Sequence record: PX393110.1
Source: a phage
DNA: 64,000 nucleotides
Reading direction: 5' to 3' (one strand)
The position numbers and the translations under genes are program-made. The notes beneath the pieces are model-generated. The model did not search any database and was not told the origin of the DNA. It saw only the letters and a program-made list of their open reading frames with translations. How positions within the stretch are numbered: position 1 is the first letter of the stretch; each line of letters begins with the position of its first letter. Positions 8,777-17,903 of the stretch are shown piece by piece.

Positions 8777-10291
8777 TTATTTGTTATTCAGATTTAACCC
8801 AGCAATGATCATCTCGGAACGGGTTCCGAAGCTAACATCACCATTAAGCACTGCCGAGGTAAGACGCTGCTTAACGTTACCGTGGCCAATAGACTTCAAC
8901 CAGCTAGGGTGCTTCGTAGGGATAGCATCAGCTTTAATCGCCAGTACCTCACCCTTATCACCCATGCTGCGAACACCGATTCGTCCGTTATTCATCTTAA
9001 CCAGATCAGTACAACCACGAGCAATGATCTCATGGTGAATCGATGCGATACCGATACCGATGTCGTCGAAGATGTGCTTAAGCTGGATTGATGCTAGCTC
9101 TGCACCCTTAATAGCCGACCCAGCTTCGTGAGCAAGATCCGTGATGCACTTATACTTAGACTCGGATACCTGAGCTACCGCAGTACCTCTACCACCTACC
9201 GTCTTCAGGATGTCAGCCAAGGTATTACTTACCGAAGTACCGAATTCCTTAAGAGTAGTCGAGCCAGATGTATGCTTACCACGAAGACCAGCCTGGGTAG
9301 ATGGTTCGGAGATATGCTGCGCCGACGCCGTTCCAATACCGAAGTTAATCGGGAAGAAGTTAGCTGGTTTAGCCGGATCCATACCGCAGCAATGCTGACA
9401 TACCCCACCCTTAGTCGATTCACAGGTAATCGGGCTAAGGACTTTAACGTTACCCTCTTCATCAGCTAACTGATCAACATTCTCCTTAGTGATCAGTACT
9501 CGATCATTAGTGAATCGATACAGTGCCGATTTCTTAGGTAGGGTAATCACTTCCTTAGTTCCGCAATCTTCTTCCACAATAGACAGCTCACGAGAGCAGT
9601 TAACCAGCTGACGAGCGAACCAGCCAGTCGCAGGTACCAGGAAGAAGTTACCAGCCAGACCCTTACGAGCAGGTCCGCAGGTGTTGAAGTAGTTGATAGG
9701 AGACAACCCGGAGCTTAAGTTCTCCATAATCGGCATCGGCATGATCTTACCAGTCATACCTACCAGAAGACCCTTAGCTACTACCATCGAGCGAACCTGG
9801 GGAGGAGATACACGAGCGCCAGATACACCCATCGCATACAGAGGATTATGACGGTCTACCTCTTTGAACCAGCGATCAGTACATTCGTTGATCACCTTAT
9901 CAGCAGCCACCAGACGATCCTCGTACTTCATCTTACCGAGTTCCTGGGTCATTGATGGGAAGTCGATACCGAAGTCAAACTTAGTGTCGTCATAGCACAA
10001 GCTAAGTCCAGACATAGTTGCTTTATGGAACCCGAACTGCTGCAACTTATGGAGTCTACGCCCAGCTACTTCCGGAGTGTAGTTATTATTGATGTGAGAG
10101 ACGATCTTCGCAGATTCCTTCTTATCGATTTCTTTTTCTGGAAGATAGCCACTGATTTCCCAAATAAACAGTCGACCGATAGTAGTTTCTTTAGGACCAT
10201 CAGAGAAGTAAAAACGCACCGGAGTGGTGTAGGTTGCTTCTTTCATATCAATAAGACGGTGTAATTCATTCAAGGACTTTGATACGATCAT
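8777..10291 (-). CDS. multisubunit RNA polymerase beta-prime subunit, C-terminal fragment
   Basis: GIGTASAQHISEPSTQAGLRGKHTSG matches the beta-prime region GxxAAQSIGEPGTQLTMRTFHxGG. Confidence 0.65.
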   Translation of the reverse strand: MIVSKSLNELHRLIDMKEATYTTPVRFYFSDGPKETTIGRLFIWEISGYLPEKEIDKKESAKIVSHINNNYTPEVAGRRLHKLQQFGFHKATMSGLSLCYDDTKFDFGIDFPSMTQELGKMKYEDRLVAADKVINECTDRWFKEVDRHNPLYAMGVSGARVSPPQVRSMVVAKGLLVGMTGKIMPMPIMENLSSGLSPINYFNTCGPARKGLAGNFFLVPATGWFARQLVNCSRELSIVEEDCGTKEVITLPKKSALYRFTNDRVLITKENVDQLADEEGNVKVLSPITCESTKGGVCQHCCGMDPAKPANFFPINFGIGTASAQHISEPSTQAGLRGKHTSGSTTLKEFGTSVSNTLADILKTVGGRGTAVAQVSESKYKCITDLAHEAGSAIKGAELASIQLKHIFDDIGIGIASIHHEIIARGCTDLVKMNNGRIGVRSMGDKGEVLAIKADAIPTKHPSWLKSIGHGNVKQRLTSAVLNGDVSFGTRSEMIIAGLNLNNK

Positions 10292-10310
10292 TACTTAATT
10301 CTCCAAATTA

Positions 10311-10626
10311 TTATGCAGCTACGGATAAGTTTTCAAGGTAACTAACCACTCGGTCGGAATGGCGGAAGATCTTCGGATCCTGAGGTAAGTCAGTCGCGAA
10401 GTTGTGGAAGATCTTGTAGTAGATCTCCCGACGCTGCTCGTCGTTCTTATGAGGAACTCGAACAGTTATGGAAATAGTCTGATCTCCCTTATCCACCAGG
10501 ATGTACGGGAAACCTGTAGAGGAAGCAAATACCCCACGGTAGTTAACACGGTCGAACAGATTACTGAGCATCTGATACGATTTACGCTGGCGGAAAGTAG
10601 CCTTAGACGGATCAAAGTACTGCATT
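10311..10626 (-). CDS. hypothetical protein
   Basis: start refined to MQYFD (ATG 10624-10626) preceded by GGAG. Confidence 0.3.
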
Positions 10627-10956
10627 GATAATCTCCTCAGCCTGATGATCAACCAGGAATACTCCACACTGACCATCATAACCAATACGTTGTGCATTAA
10701 AGCCATACACAGTAATAACTTCAGATATGCCGTCGATAGGATCAGTTTCACCAGTACGAATCACTGGGTAGCGACCAGACAGGATATACTGCTCAATCAC
10801 CATGGCCCAGTGATCGTTATGAGACGACCCAGCCACAATCTTATCAGGCTCGGTGAGGATCAGGTCAGCGAACTTACGCAGAGCGGCCTCCTCGAAGCCA
10901 TCAACATCTGCCAAGGTCACCAGACCATGTTCCTTCTTGAACTCGTCACTAATCAT
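10612..10956 (-). CDS. hypothetical protein
   Basis: 114 aa ORF. Confidence 0.35.
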   Translation of the reverse strand: MISDEFKKEHGLVTLADVDGFEEAALRKFADLILTEPDKIVAGSSHNDHWAMVIEQYILSGRYPVIRTGETDPIDGISEVITVYGFNAQRIGYDGQCGVFLVDHQAEEIINAVL

Positions 10957-11419
10957 AAAGCCTCCAGAACTAAGTGGACGTTATTCCCTACGCTGTCATT
11001 TACAACGATATGGGATTTAAACTTATACATTTCGTTGATCACATCGGTCATGTGAATCACCGGAATATACACTCGGTCAGAACCAACTACTGCAACTTCA
11101 TTAAGCCAGTCGTAGTCGATTTCATGGGTCTTCAGAAGATTTATGAGATCACGGTACATGAAGCTTACAGACTTGATTCCGCCACTCATACGAGCAGCCC
11201 AGTCTGTAGCAGGGACGGATTCGATTTCCTTCCTACCTTTCATCTTACGGCGAAAGATGGCGGACTGAACGTTCCATAACTCTGAGAATTCTTGATCGGG
11301 GATTTCTCGACCATGCTTGGTCCGGGAGACCAGTCGAGCTTGAGGATCGGCATTAGGACGGAACTGCTCAGCAATAGAAGGAGCAGCTTGTTGGAAGGCA
11401 GCGAAAAGGGATGTAGACA
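10953..11419 (-). CDS. hypothetical protein
   Basis: start refined to MSTSLF (ATG 11417-11419) with GGAGAAAG upstream. Confidence 0.4.
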
Positions 11420-11469
11420 TGACTTTCTCCAGTCTTTCAAGGTCGCAGGCAACGCGACGGATCATTCGG

Positions 11470-11535
11470 CGGGGAACGCCCCGCGCCCAAGTTAACGGGC
11501 TGCAGAGCGCTCCAGACTTCGTTTTATTTTTGGTT
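11470..11535 (-). promoter_or_regulatory. class-2 conserved intergenic element, copy E (divergent)
   Basis: GGCGGGGAACGCCCCGCGCCCAAGTTAACGGGC...TTCGTTTTATTTTTGG. Confidence 0.35.
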
Positions 11536-11817
11536 TTGAGCTTGCTGGAACATCTTGGTGATTTCCAGCATCAGGTCACGGTAGTCAGAAGTCTGAACTC
11601 CTTCCAAACCGTAGTCGGCAATGATTGACTTGAAGTAGTTCATACCGTCCTGGAGGTTATTGAACTCCAGAGGATCTTCAGCCATCGCCAGGTAGACTTC
11701 GGACATAACCACTGGACGGCCATCTTTCTCATCAACGAAAGCAACCAGAACAGCCAGCTCATCTTTGTCAGCAACTGTAGGATTGGAAGAGAAACCGAAG
11801 TTTTTAGCAGTAAACAT
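11524..11817 (-). CDS. hypothetical protein
   Basis: start refined to MFTAKNF (ATG 11815-11817); leader AATTTGGAGCTAATTATG. Confidence 0.4.
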   Translation of the reverse strand: MFTAKNFGFSSNPTVADKDELAVLVAFVDEKDGRPVVMSEVYLAMAEDPLEFNNLQDGMNYFKSIIADYGLEGVQTSDYRDLMLEITKMFQQAQNQK

Positions 11818-11854
11818 AATTAGCTCCAAATTATAACGAACCGTGAAGCGGCCA

Positions 11855-11940
11855 ACCCGCCCCACCCAAAAGAACGGGCTTTAGGACCTCTCAGAGTTCG
11901 TTTTATTTTTCAAAAACATTTCAATAATGAAAAATATTTT
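11855..11940 (-). promoter_or_regulatory. class-2 conserved intergenic element, copy C
   Basis: CCCGCCCCACCCAAAAGAACGGGCTTTAGGAC...TTCGTTTTATTTTTCAAAAA. Confidence 0.4.
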
Positions 11941-11964
11941 TGAAAAATAGGCCATCCTTGGCCT
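11941..11964 (-). terminator. intrinsic terminator-like hairpin
   Basis: minus-strand RNA: AGGCCA-AGGA-TGGCCT followed by AUUUUUCA, directly after the stop of the 487-aa gene. Confidence 0.45.
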
Positions 11965-11970
11965 AATGAA

Positions 11971-13434
11971 TCAGCGAGCTTTGCTGATTGCCTGGGTAAT
12001 ACGTTGGGACTGTTTACGCCAGGATTGCTGCAGACGAGGATTAAGCTTCATGATTACAGACATAATCATGGCCAGTACTCCACGCTTAGCCTTAGGACTA
12101 CCAGACTTAGCATCCTTCAGGTATTTACGAGCCACAGTTTTAATATCCTGGGATGGCCAGGTCTTAACGACTGGTGACTTAACCTGCTTAGCCAGCGCTA
12201 CGAAGATGACCAGAGTGCTGATAAGGTCGGAGGTACGTACAGAACCTTTACCGCCCATCAGTACTTCGATAACCTTGTTAACGCGACGGAGCACTTCCGA
12301 CGGAGCCGCTTCGTCTACTCCCTCAGGCATAGCCGTACTCTCAGCAGCAGATAGCTTCCAGGAGTTAGCAGTAGCCATATCGGTAGTGTAGCATGCGGAC
12401 AGATCATCGTCGGATGCTTCGGACAGATTCATGAACTCGTTCTTAGTCGGGTTCCAAACCATGTCCTTGTACTTAATGTACCAGCGACCACCATCGTCTT
12501 TGATCATATCAGGGACTTCTCCCTTAGACAGATCTTCGTTGACAGATCGTCCCATCAACCAGCGGTAAACAGGTTTCAGATCCCAGCGACCGTCAGGAGT
12601 AACCTTCACATCCTGGCCAGTCAGATCCTTAATTACCTGAGTTACGTTATCGCCAGTCTGGTTGATCTTATGGTTAGTCACCAGCTGCGCTACGGACTTC
12701 TTATTACCCTGATCGTCGGTACGTTCTGCACCACGTAAGATCATGGTGGAGTTAATCTGGTCCATAGTGAATCCAGCATCGATAAGACGCTTGATCTGAG
12801 CCATGACCTGATCATACTCCTTCGGTAGATCGTCCACAAACTCGTTGAGCTGCAGACCAGCACCACTCGTCATGCTACCACGACCTGCCGCATCACCAGT
12901 AATCAATCGGGCAATTACCACTAGCTTAGAGCTGGAAGATAGTTTAGGATGGTTGATAAACTTATCTAAAAAATCGTTTATCGTAGTGATCTCTTCAGGG
13001 TTATTATTTCTGTTGCTGGCAGCCAACTCTGTGAACATACCCATAGCAGAACCATCCGGAGTCTCATAAGCATCCATCATGTTCAGCTGGGTAGAGCCAC
13101 CTTCGCCATCTTCCGCAAAGAATGCATCAGCAGAGAACGTACCAGAACGAACTTCTTTCTGTACGAACTCTCGTAGCAAATTCTTAGCCATCTGCTGGGG
13201 CATCATCATAAGATAAGAATAGTAGTCACGCAGGTTAGCATCACTGGTATTCTGCATCTTGCGGAACATAGTATACCATTGACTGCTCTTACCATTCTTC
13301 TCGATGTCAGCGACAGCGTGATCAATCATACGCTGGTCGATGAAACGCTCTACCGAGGCTAGATCCTCGTCCACTATTTGTTCACTCATCAACAGAGTGA
13401 GTAAATTTTGGGCCTTAGTCATTATTTTCTCCAA
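11971..13434 (-). CDS. hypothetical protein (487 aa)
   Basis: long uninterrupted ORF; no recognisable catalytic motif. Confidence 0.45.
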   Translation of the reverse strand: MEKIMTKAQNLLTLLMSEQIVDEDLASVERFIDQRMIDHAVADIEKNGKSSQWYTMFRKMQNTSDANLRDYYSYLMMMPQQMAKNLLREFVQKEVRSGTFSADAFFAEDGEGGSTQLNMMDAYETPDGSAMGMFTELAASNRNNNPEEITTINDFLDKFINHPKLSSSSKLVVIARLITGDAAGRGSMTSGAGLQLNEFVDDLPKEYDQVMAQIKRLIDAGFTMDQINSTMILRGAERTDDQGNKKSVAQLVTNHKINQTGDNVTQVIKDLTGQDVKVTPDGRWDLKPVYRWLMGRSVNEDLSKGEVPDMIKDDGGRWYIKYKDMVWNPTKNEFMNLSEASDDDLSACYTTDMATANSWKLSAAESTAMPEGVDEAAPSEVLRRVNKVIEVLMGGKGSVRTSDLISTLVIFVALAKQVKSPVVKTWPSQDIKTVARKYLKDAKSGSPKAKRGVLAMIMSVIMKLNPRLQQSWRKQSQRITQAISKAR

Positions 13435-13458
13435 TATGTCGACATAAAAGGATGATGA

Positions 13459-14184
13459 TCAGTCATCCTGGGTAGAAGCTCCTTCCTTAAGTTTAGCTTC
13501 TAATTTCTCCCGTATTAACGGAAGGAATTCTATTCTCCTAACTTCTGTATGGCCACTCTGGATAATATGCTTGACTAGGTCGTAGTCGACTCTAGGAGTA
13601 GATACTTTAATATCATACTCTAAGTCAGTGGCATCTAATTTATTCATCTTAAAGAATTCGGGAATAACATTACGTATCCTGGAGTGTGGATCGTTAGTCA
13701 CTCCTATTTTCACGAACGAGTCGTCCACTACCCAAATATAAAAATAGCACTCTTCATTAAGAGAGGCTAGAGCTATCTGCCTATCACAGCTAGCTCGTTT
13801 CTCTGGATCAGAGTAAGTTTTACGTATAGATTCTGCATTCTTTAATCTAAAATTTGGATCCTTCTGATTCTCTACAAATATTTTCCTAACGACATCTCTA
13901 TGTTTAGGATAATTATTACTGCATGTGGTGCTGCAGAAGTTAGAGTGACCTTGAACTAATCCACGGAAAGTAGACTCTCCTCCACAGTTTAGACATACGC
14001 CATACCCAGGATCAGTTATAATATCCTTAGGTATGTCTAGCGCAGTTTTATTGTGGCACTTCCGGAGATGGACACCAAATGATCTCTTATAATTATAAGA
14101 GGTATCTGGATCGTCGCAATACGGACAAATCCATCTTTGCGTGGTAAAGTTGTAATACTTACTCAGAAACTCTTCATGTGTCAT
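13459..14184 (-). CDS. zinc-finger protein with T5orf172/MUG113-like (GIY-YIG superfamily) C-terminal domain
   Basis: N-terminal CxxC...H...CH and CLNCGG...C clusters; C-terminal YFYIWVVDDSFVKIGVTNDPHSRIRN. Confidence 0.35.
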   Translation of the reverse strand: MTHEEFLSKYYNFTTQRWICPYCDDPDTSYNYKRSFGVHLRKCHNKTALDIPKDIITDPGYGVCLNCGGESTFRGLVQGHSNFCSTTCSNNYPKHRDVVRKIFVENQKDPNFRLKNAESIRKTYSDPEKRASCDRQIALASLNEECYFYIWVVDDSFVKIGVTNDPHSRIRNVIPEFFKMNKLDATDLEYDIKVSTPRVDYDLVKHIIQSGHTEVRRIEFLPLIREKLEAKLKEGASTQDD

Positions 14185-14263
14185 AATATTCTCCGCTTAG
14201 AATAAAATGGGCTAGATGGTGAAGCGGCACCATCAGGGGAGCTACCCTTTTCGCCCAAACACT

Positions 14264-14294
14264 TTAACAGCCTTTCGAGTCATCAAAAGAGCGG
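14264..14294 (-). promoter_or_regulatory. class-1 conserved motif TTAACAGCCTTT-N9-CAAAAGAGCGG (plus-strand reading), copy 1
   Basis: one of 18 same-orientation copies, each in the short spacer upstream of a minus-strand gene start. Confidence 0.45.
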
Positions 14295-14296
14295 TT

Positions 14297-14566
14297 TTAT
14301 CGAATTAGCCCATACTTCCATGCCATTACATGCGCAGGTTCGTTATGAGCGAAGAATGCGGTACCCTTCTTGGTAGTAAGCACCAAACACGGCTTATTTC
14401 CCATCATATCAGCCATGCTAGCTACCACAGTCTTCTCAGACCCAGGCTTAGCCGGATCAATGCCCATAGCTATTTTATGAGCAGTTGTCTTACCAGGACG
14501 TCTCGGATTAGATACCAAGACTTTAGGGGAGGTCTTTCGGCCACCCTTACGCTGCTTTCTCGCCAT
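14297..14566 (-). CDS. hypothetical basic protein
   Basis: 89 aa ORF with Lys/Arg-rich N-terminus. Confidence 0.3.
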   Translation of the reverse strand: MARKQRKGGRKTSPKVLVSNPRRPGKTTAHKIAMGIDPAKPGSEKTVVASMADMMGNKPCLVLTTKKGTAFFAHNEPAHVMAWKYGLIR

Positions 14567-17500
14567 GTTTAGGCTCCAGAGTTATTTTAGCCTTAAGCTC
14601 GATATACTTACATCCCCAGCCTGTACCGTCGGAACGAATACCGGATTTGGAGTTGAAGCTGTTAGCTATAGAGTTTAACTTCTCCTTCTCCTTAAGGATC
14701 TCTACGTATGGAGTCCACTGGCTATACTGATCGAGAGCTTCCAGTAGTTTCTCCAATGCAGACTCACGACCCTCAACGATCAGCCATCCGGAACCATCTT
14801 CGTTAACTCCATAGTCATCCAGACCCATCAAGGAACCGCCCCGAGCACCGAATTCGATATCAGTGCGCATAGGCATATCCCAGAGTTCACGAATAGCCCC
14901 CTCCATATTCTCACGAGTCTTCTGGAACACCTTGAACATCTCGTTGATTCCGGATGTGGTATCCAAGGAGTCGTGGACCATGATGTGAGTCTCGGCCTCC
15001 ATATTGGACTGCTTAAAGTCCTCATCCAGGAAGTACATACCTGCGCCAGCAACCATCGACGAAGTATTCTGGATAGGATAGTTCACCGAAGTAGAGTTAA
15101 CGTTGGTACCTTCCAGGTTGATACGGTTACCGAAGTAACCATAAGCATACCCAGTCTCGAAGCCATTTTTCTTGGTAGCATCAATCCATGCCTTAAGACC
15201 GGTAAACTTACCGAATACCGTGTCCATCAGATTCTGAGCACGCTCCATATCACCACCAGTAGCAACCATCGCTACCGATTCAAGGCTAGACTGGTATACT
15301 AATGCGAAGTTAATCGCCTTACCACCCTTACGCTCAACATCAGTTACTTCAGGTTCAGACTTCTGGTATGCAATCGAGCTAACGAATCGGTGCATGTCGC
15401 CACCAGATAAGAATACGTTCTTCATATCCGAGTCATCGGCGAACACGCTAACCATCACCAGCTCAGCCTGGCTAAAGTCCTGGTGGTACCACAGGCCACC
15501 CTCCGGCTTAGATACCCAGATGTTACGCAGAGTACTGTCGCCAGGAACGTTATGAATACCTGCCTGCCAACGAGATGTAATCGCAGCCAACGAGTTAAAG
15601 TCCGGAGTCATGATGTAGCAATCTTCACCATCCTGCAACTTCGGATTATCCCAGTCGTACTTACGAACTCGCAGCGGAGGTAAACCATCACGTAGTTTAG
15701 CTGCCCATACCGTCTGGCGTCCTACCTTACCATCAATGTATGTAGCAATCTGTTTGTAGTGACGCTTATACATCTTCAGGTCAACCATCATACGGAACGA
15801 TGTATTCCAGGTAGACTCGTCATCCGGATTAACTCCCAACATCAACTGGTGAATAGCCAATTGGGCATCGAGAACATCCGCTTTAAACTTATTCGTGAAT
15901 CGCTCTTCATAAGCTTCCAGACCGTCCTGGACGCACATGGCAATTAACTCCCGAACATGCTTAGACTCAGCAGTATCCCCGAATTGGATGATCCTGGTTA
16001 AGATCTCATCTACCGGAAACTCCCGGAAGAATTCCCTCTCCAGCTTCTCCGAATCCTTAGGCACGAACCCCTTAGAGATCGCCAGCAGGGTTTTATCCCA
16101 GTAGTCATGCACCTTAAGCTGGTCCATTACAGACCATAGCATGGTACACATCTCTACTTCATCAGTAAGATAGGCTTTCCAGAACTTCTCCTTATTAGCC
16201 TTATCGTTACTGTTAGGGTTGAAGAATCCTGACAGATCAGCAATCTTCCCAGCCAGAGTAGTAACCATCTTACGGCGCTCTTGTCCACCAGGAGTGTACC
16301 ATACGTTCTCGTACGGCAACTCTCGATAGATAAAGTCGCGAGCTGTAAGCATCTGGTCAGGAGGTAACTTAAGGTTAGGGATTAGGCTAACCAAGTGCTC
16401 CGACATTTTGCTCATGCAATAGTCGTACTCTTTAGTCGCCTCTTCGTCATCCCAACGAATACCGTTAGCTTCGAAGATAGATGCCAGGTATGGATGTAAC
16501 ATATATACGTTATACCCATCCTTATACTTATCGTAAAACATCTCGTGGATGAACACACCGTACGCGGAGTCATAGCAGCAGTACTCCCCAAGAATCTCAC
16601 GAGGAATCGCACCCCACTCATATGGGTAGAACGATGCCAAGTAAATAATCTCGGATTCTTCGAGCTCCTCCGATAGTTCGGCTATCTTATCCAGCATAAA
16701 CTGGTTGAAGTTAACAGGAATACGATTCTTAGCCGCCTTAGTCGGAGCCGCTTCCACGAGTTTCTCGTACTCAGCTTTAAGAGCTAGGTGATGCTCAATA
16801 TTGAACTCGCCAGACTGAATCTCTGCAATCTGCTCAGGAGTACAACGCTTCTTCATATCCTTGAAGATAGCTGCCCAACGATCCTTCCATTCGTGTACCG
16901 ACCCTTCCCAGAAGTCTGCATGTAAATAACGACGAGCAGCATCTTTCAACGAGCTCCGTTCGCCATGCATAGTCAGAGTTACAATCGCATCGATAAACTT
17001 GCAGAATACGTCTAACCAATGCCACGTAGTCTTAATCTCGTACGGACAGTTAAACGCCACGATCTGCTCCTGGAACTTAACCAGGAAGTCACGCAAGAAT
17101 CCTAGCTGTTCCGGAGTCTCTTTACCGGTAACATTGTACCATACGGACTTGGCATCCTTATCACCAATCTTCTTAGCGATACTGAATCCAGTGATCCGGA
17201 AGTCTACCGAGAATAAATCAGCTGCGTTAGACTCATAGTCGAGGCCGAGATAGCCTTTGTACCCAGACCACATAATGTCGTTAAGGAACTCCTGGAGGCC
17301 GTTCCAGTCGACGAATTCCCACTCTACATTATATTCGGATTCTTTCTGGCCGAATACCAGAAACTTAAAACGATCAATCCACGAATCAAGTATACCAGGA
17401 TCAGAATCCAGATTACGTTCAACCTGGGCATGGTGCATGACTACAGCTAGCTTAAAGTTATACTCCGGTATGTTACCCAGAGGGAACTTCAGTAGCTTAT

Positions 17501-17834
17501 CCAGAGTCTTCTTATGCGTATAGCCTGGGGATATAGTCGCAGCTAATTGGCGACCCAAAGTCATTACATGCTTAACGCCATGCTTTTCACACAGCTCGTA
17601 AAAGTTGAGACCATCCTTATCACGGATTTCGTCTATGTTAGACAGCTCTTCGAAAGTACCATCTCTGTTGATCTCTATCAGACCAACTTTGTTATGTACC
17701 CCAGCTGTAATTAGCGCTACATCAAGAGTTTGGCCAGCATTCGATGCAGCAAACGGAGGAGCATCATTATTCTCGCGCTCGTCCCCGATAATGACATAGT
17801 CTACTTCGCCAACTAAATTGTGATTCAGAAACAT
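14547..17834 (-). CDS. family A DNA polymerase
   Basis: motif A DFSQAEL (cf. DYSQIELR), motif B KGGKAINFALVYQ (cf. RRxAKxxNFGxxYG), motif C VHDS (cf. VHDE); start refined to MFLNH at 17834. Confidence 0.8.
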   Translation of the reverse strand: MFLNHNLVGEVDYVIIGDERENNDAPPFAASNAGQTLDVALITAGVHNKVGLIEINRDGTFEELSNIDEIRDKDGLNFYELCEKHGVKHVMTLGRQLAATISPGYTHKKTLDKLLKFPLGNIPEYNFKLAVVMHHAQVERNLDSDPGILDSWIDRFKFLVFGQKESEYNVEWEFVDWNGLQEFLNDIMWSGYKGYLGLDYESNAADLFSVDFRITGFSIAKKIGDKDAKSVWYNVTGKETPEQLGFLRDFLVKFQEQIVAFNCPYEIKTTWHWLDVFCKFIDAIVTLTMHGERSSLKDAARRYLHADFWEGSVHEWKDRWAAIFKDMKKRCTPEQIAEIQSGEFNIEHHLALKAEYEKLVEAAPTKAAKNRIPVNFNQFMLDKIAELSEELEESEIIYLASFYPYEWGAIPREILGEYCCYDSAYGVFIHEMFYDKYKDGYNVYMLHPYLASIFEANGIRWDDEEATKEYDYCMSKMSEHLVSLIPNLKLPPDQMLTARDFIYRELPYENVWYTPGGQERRKMVTTLAGKIADLSGFFNPNSNDKANKEKFWKAYLTDEVEMCTMLWSVMDQLKVHDYWDKTLLAISKGFVPKDSEKLEREFFREFPVDEILTRIIQFGDTAESKHVRELIAMCVQDGLEAYEERFTNKFKADVLDAQLAIHQLMLGVNPDDESTWNTSFRMMVDLKMYKRHYKQIATYIDGKVGRQTVWAAKLRDGLPPLRVRKYDWDNPKLQDGEDCYIMTPDFNSLAAITSRWQAGIHNVPGDSTLRNIWVSKPEGGLWYHQDFSQAELVMVSVFADDSDMKNVFLSGGDMHRFVSSIAYQKSEPEVTDVERKGGKAINFALVYQSSLESVAMVATGGDMERAQNLMDTVFGKFTGLKAWIDATKKNGFETGYAYGYFGNRINLEGTNVNSTSVNYPIQNTSSMVAGAGMYFLDEDFKQSNMEAETHIMVHDSLDTTSGINEMFKVFQKTRENMEGAIRELWDMPMRTDIEFGARGGSLMGLDDYGVNEDGSGWLIVEGRESALEKLLEALDQYSQWTPYVEILKEKEKLNSIANSFNSKSGIRSDGTGWGCKYIELKAKITLEPKHGEKAA

Positions 17835-17864
17835 GTTTAACTCCAAAAATAAACCTCCGCCAAT

Positions 17865-17895
17865 TTAACAGCCTTTTAGGCCGCTAAAAAGGCGG
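17865..17895 (-). promoter_or_regulatory. class-1 conserved motif, copy 2
   Basis: TTAACAGCCTTTTAGGCCGCTAAAAAGGCGG; flanked by inverted repeat CCTCCGCC/GGCGGAGG. Confidence 0.45.
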
Positions 17896-17903
17896 AGGTA
17901 TCT

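Noticed and set aside
14184-14264. Hairpin GATGGTG-CCGCTT-CACCATC (minus-strand reading) as an intrinsic terminator
   Set aside because: The U-rich tract begins 6 nt after the stem and is interrupted, and the hairpin lies downstream of a class-1 motif, so it is more likely a 5'-UTR structure.
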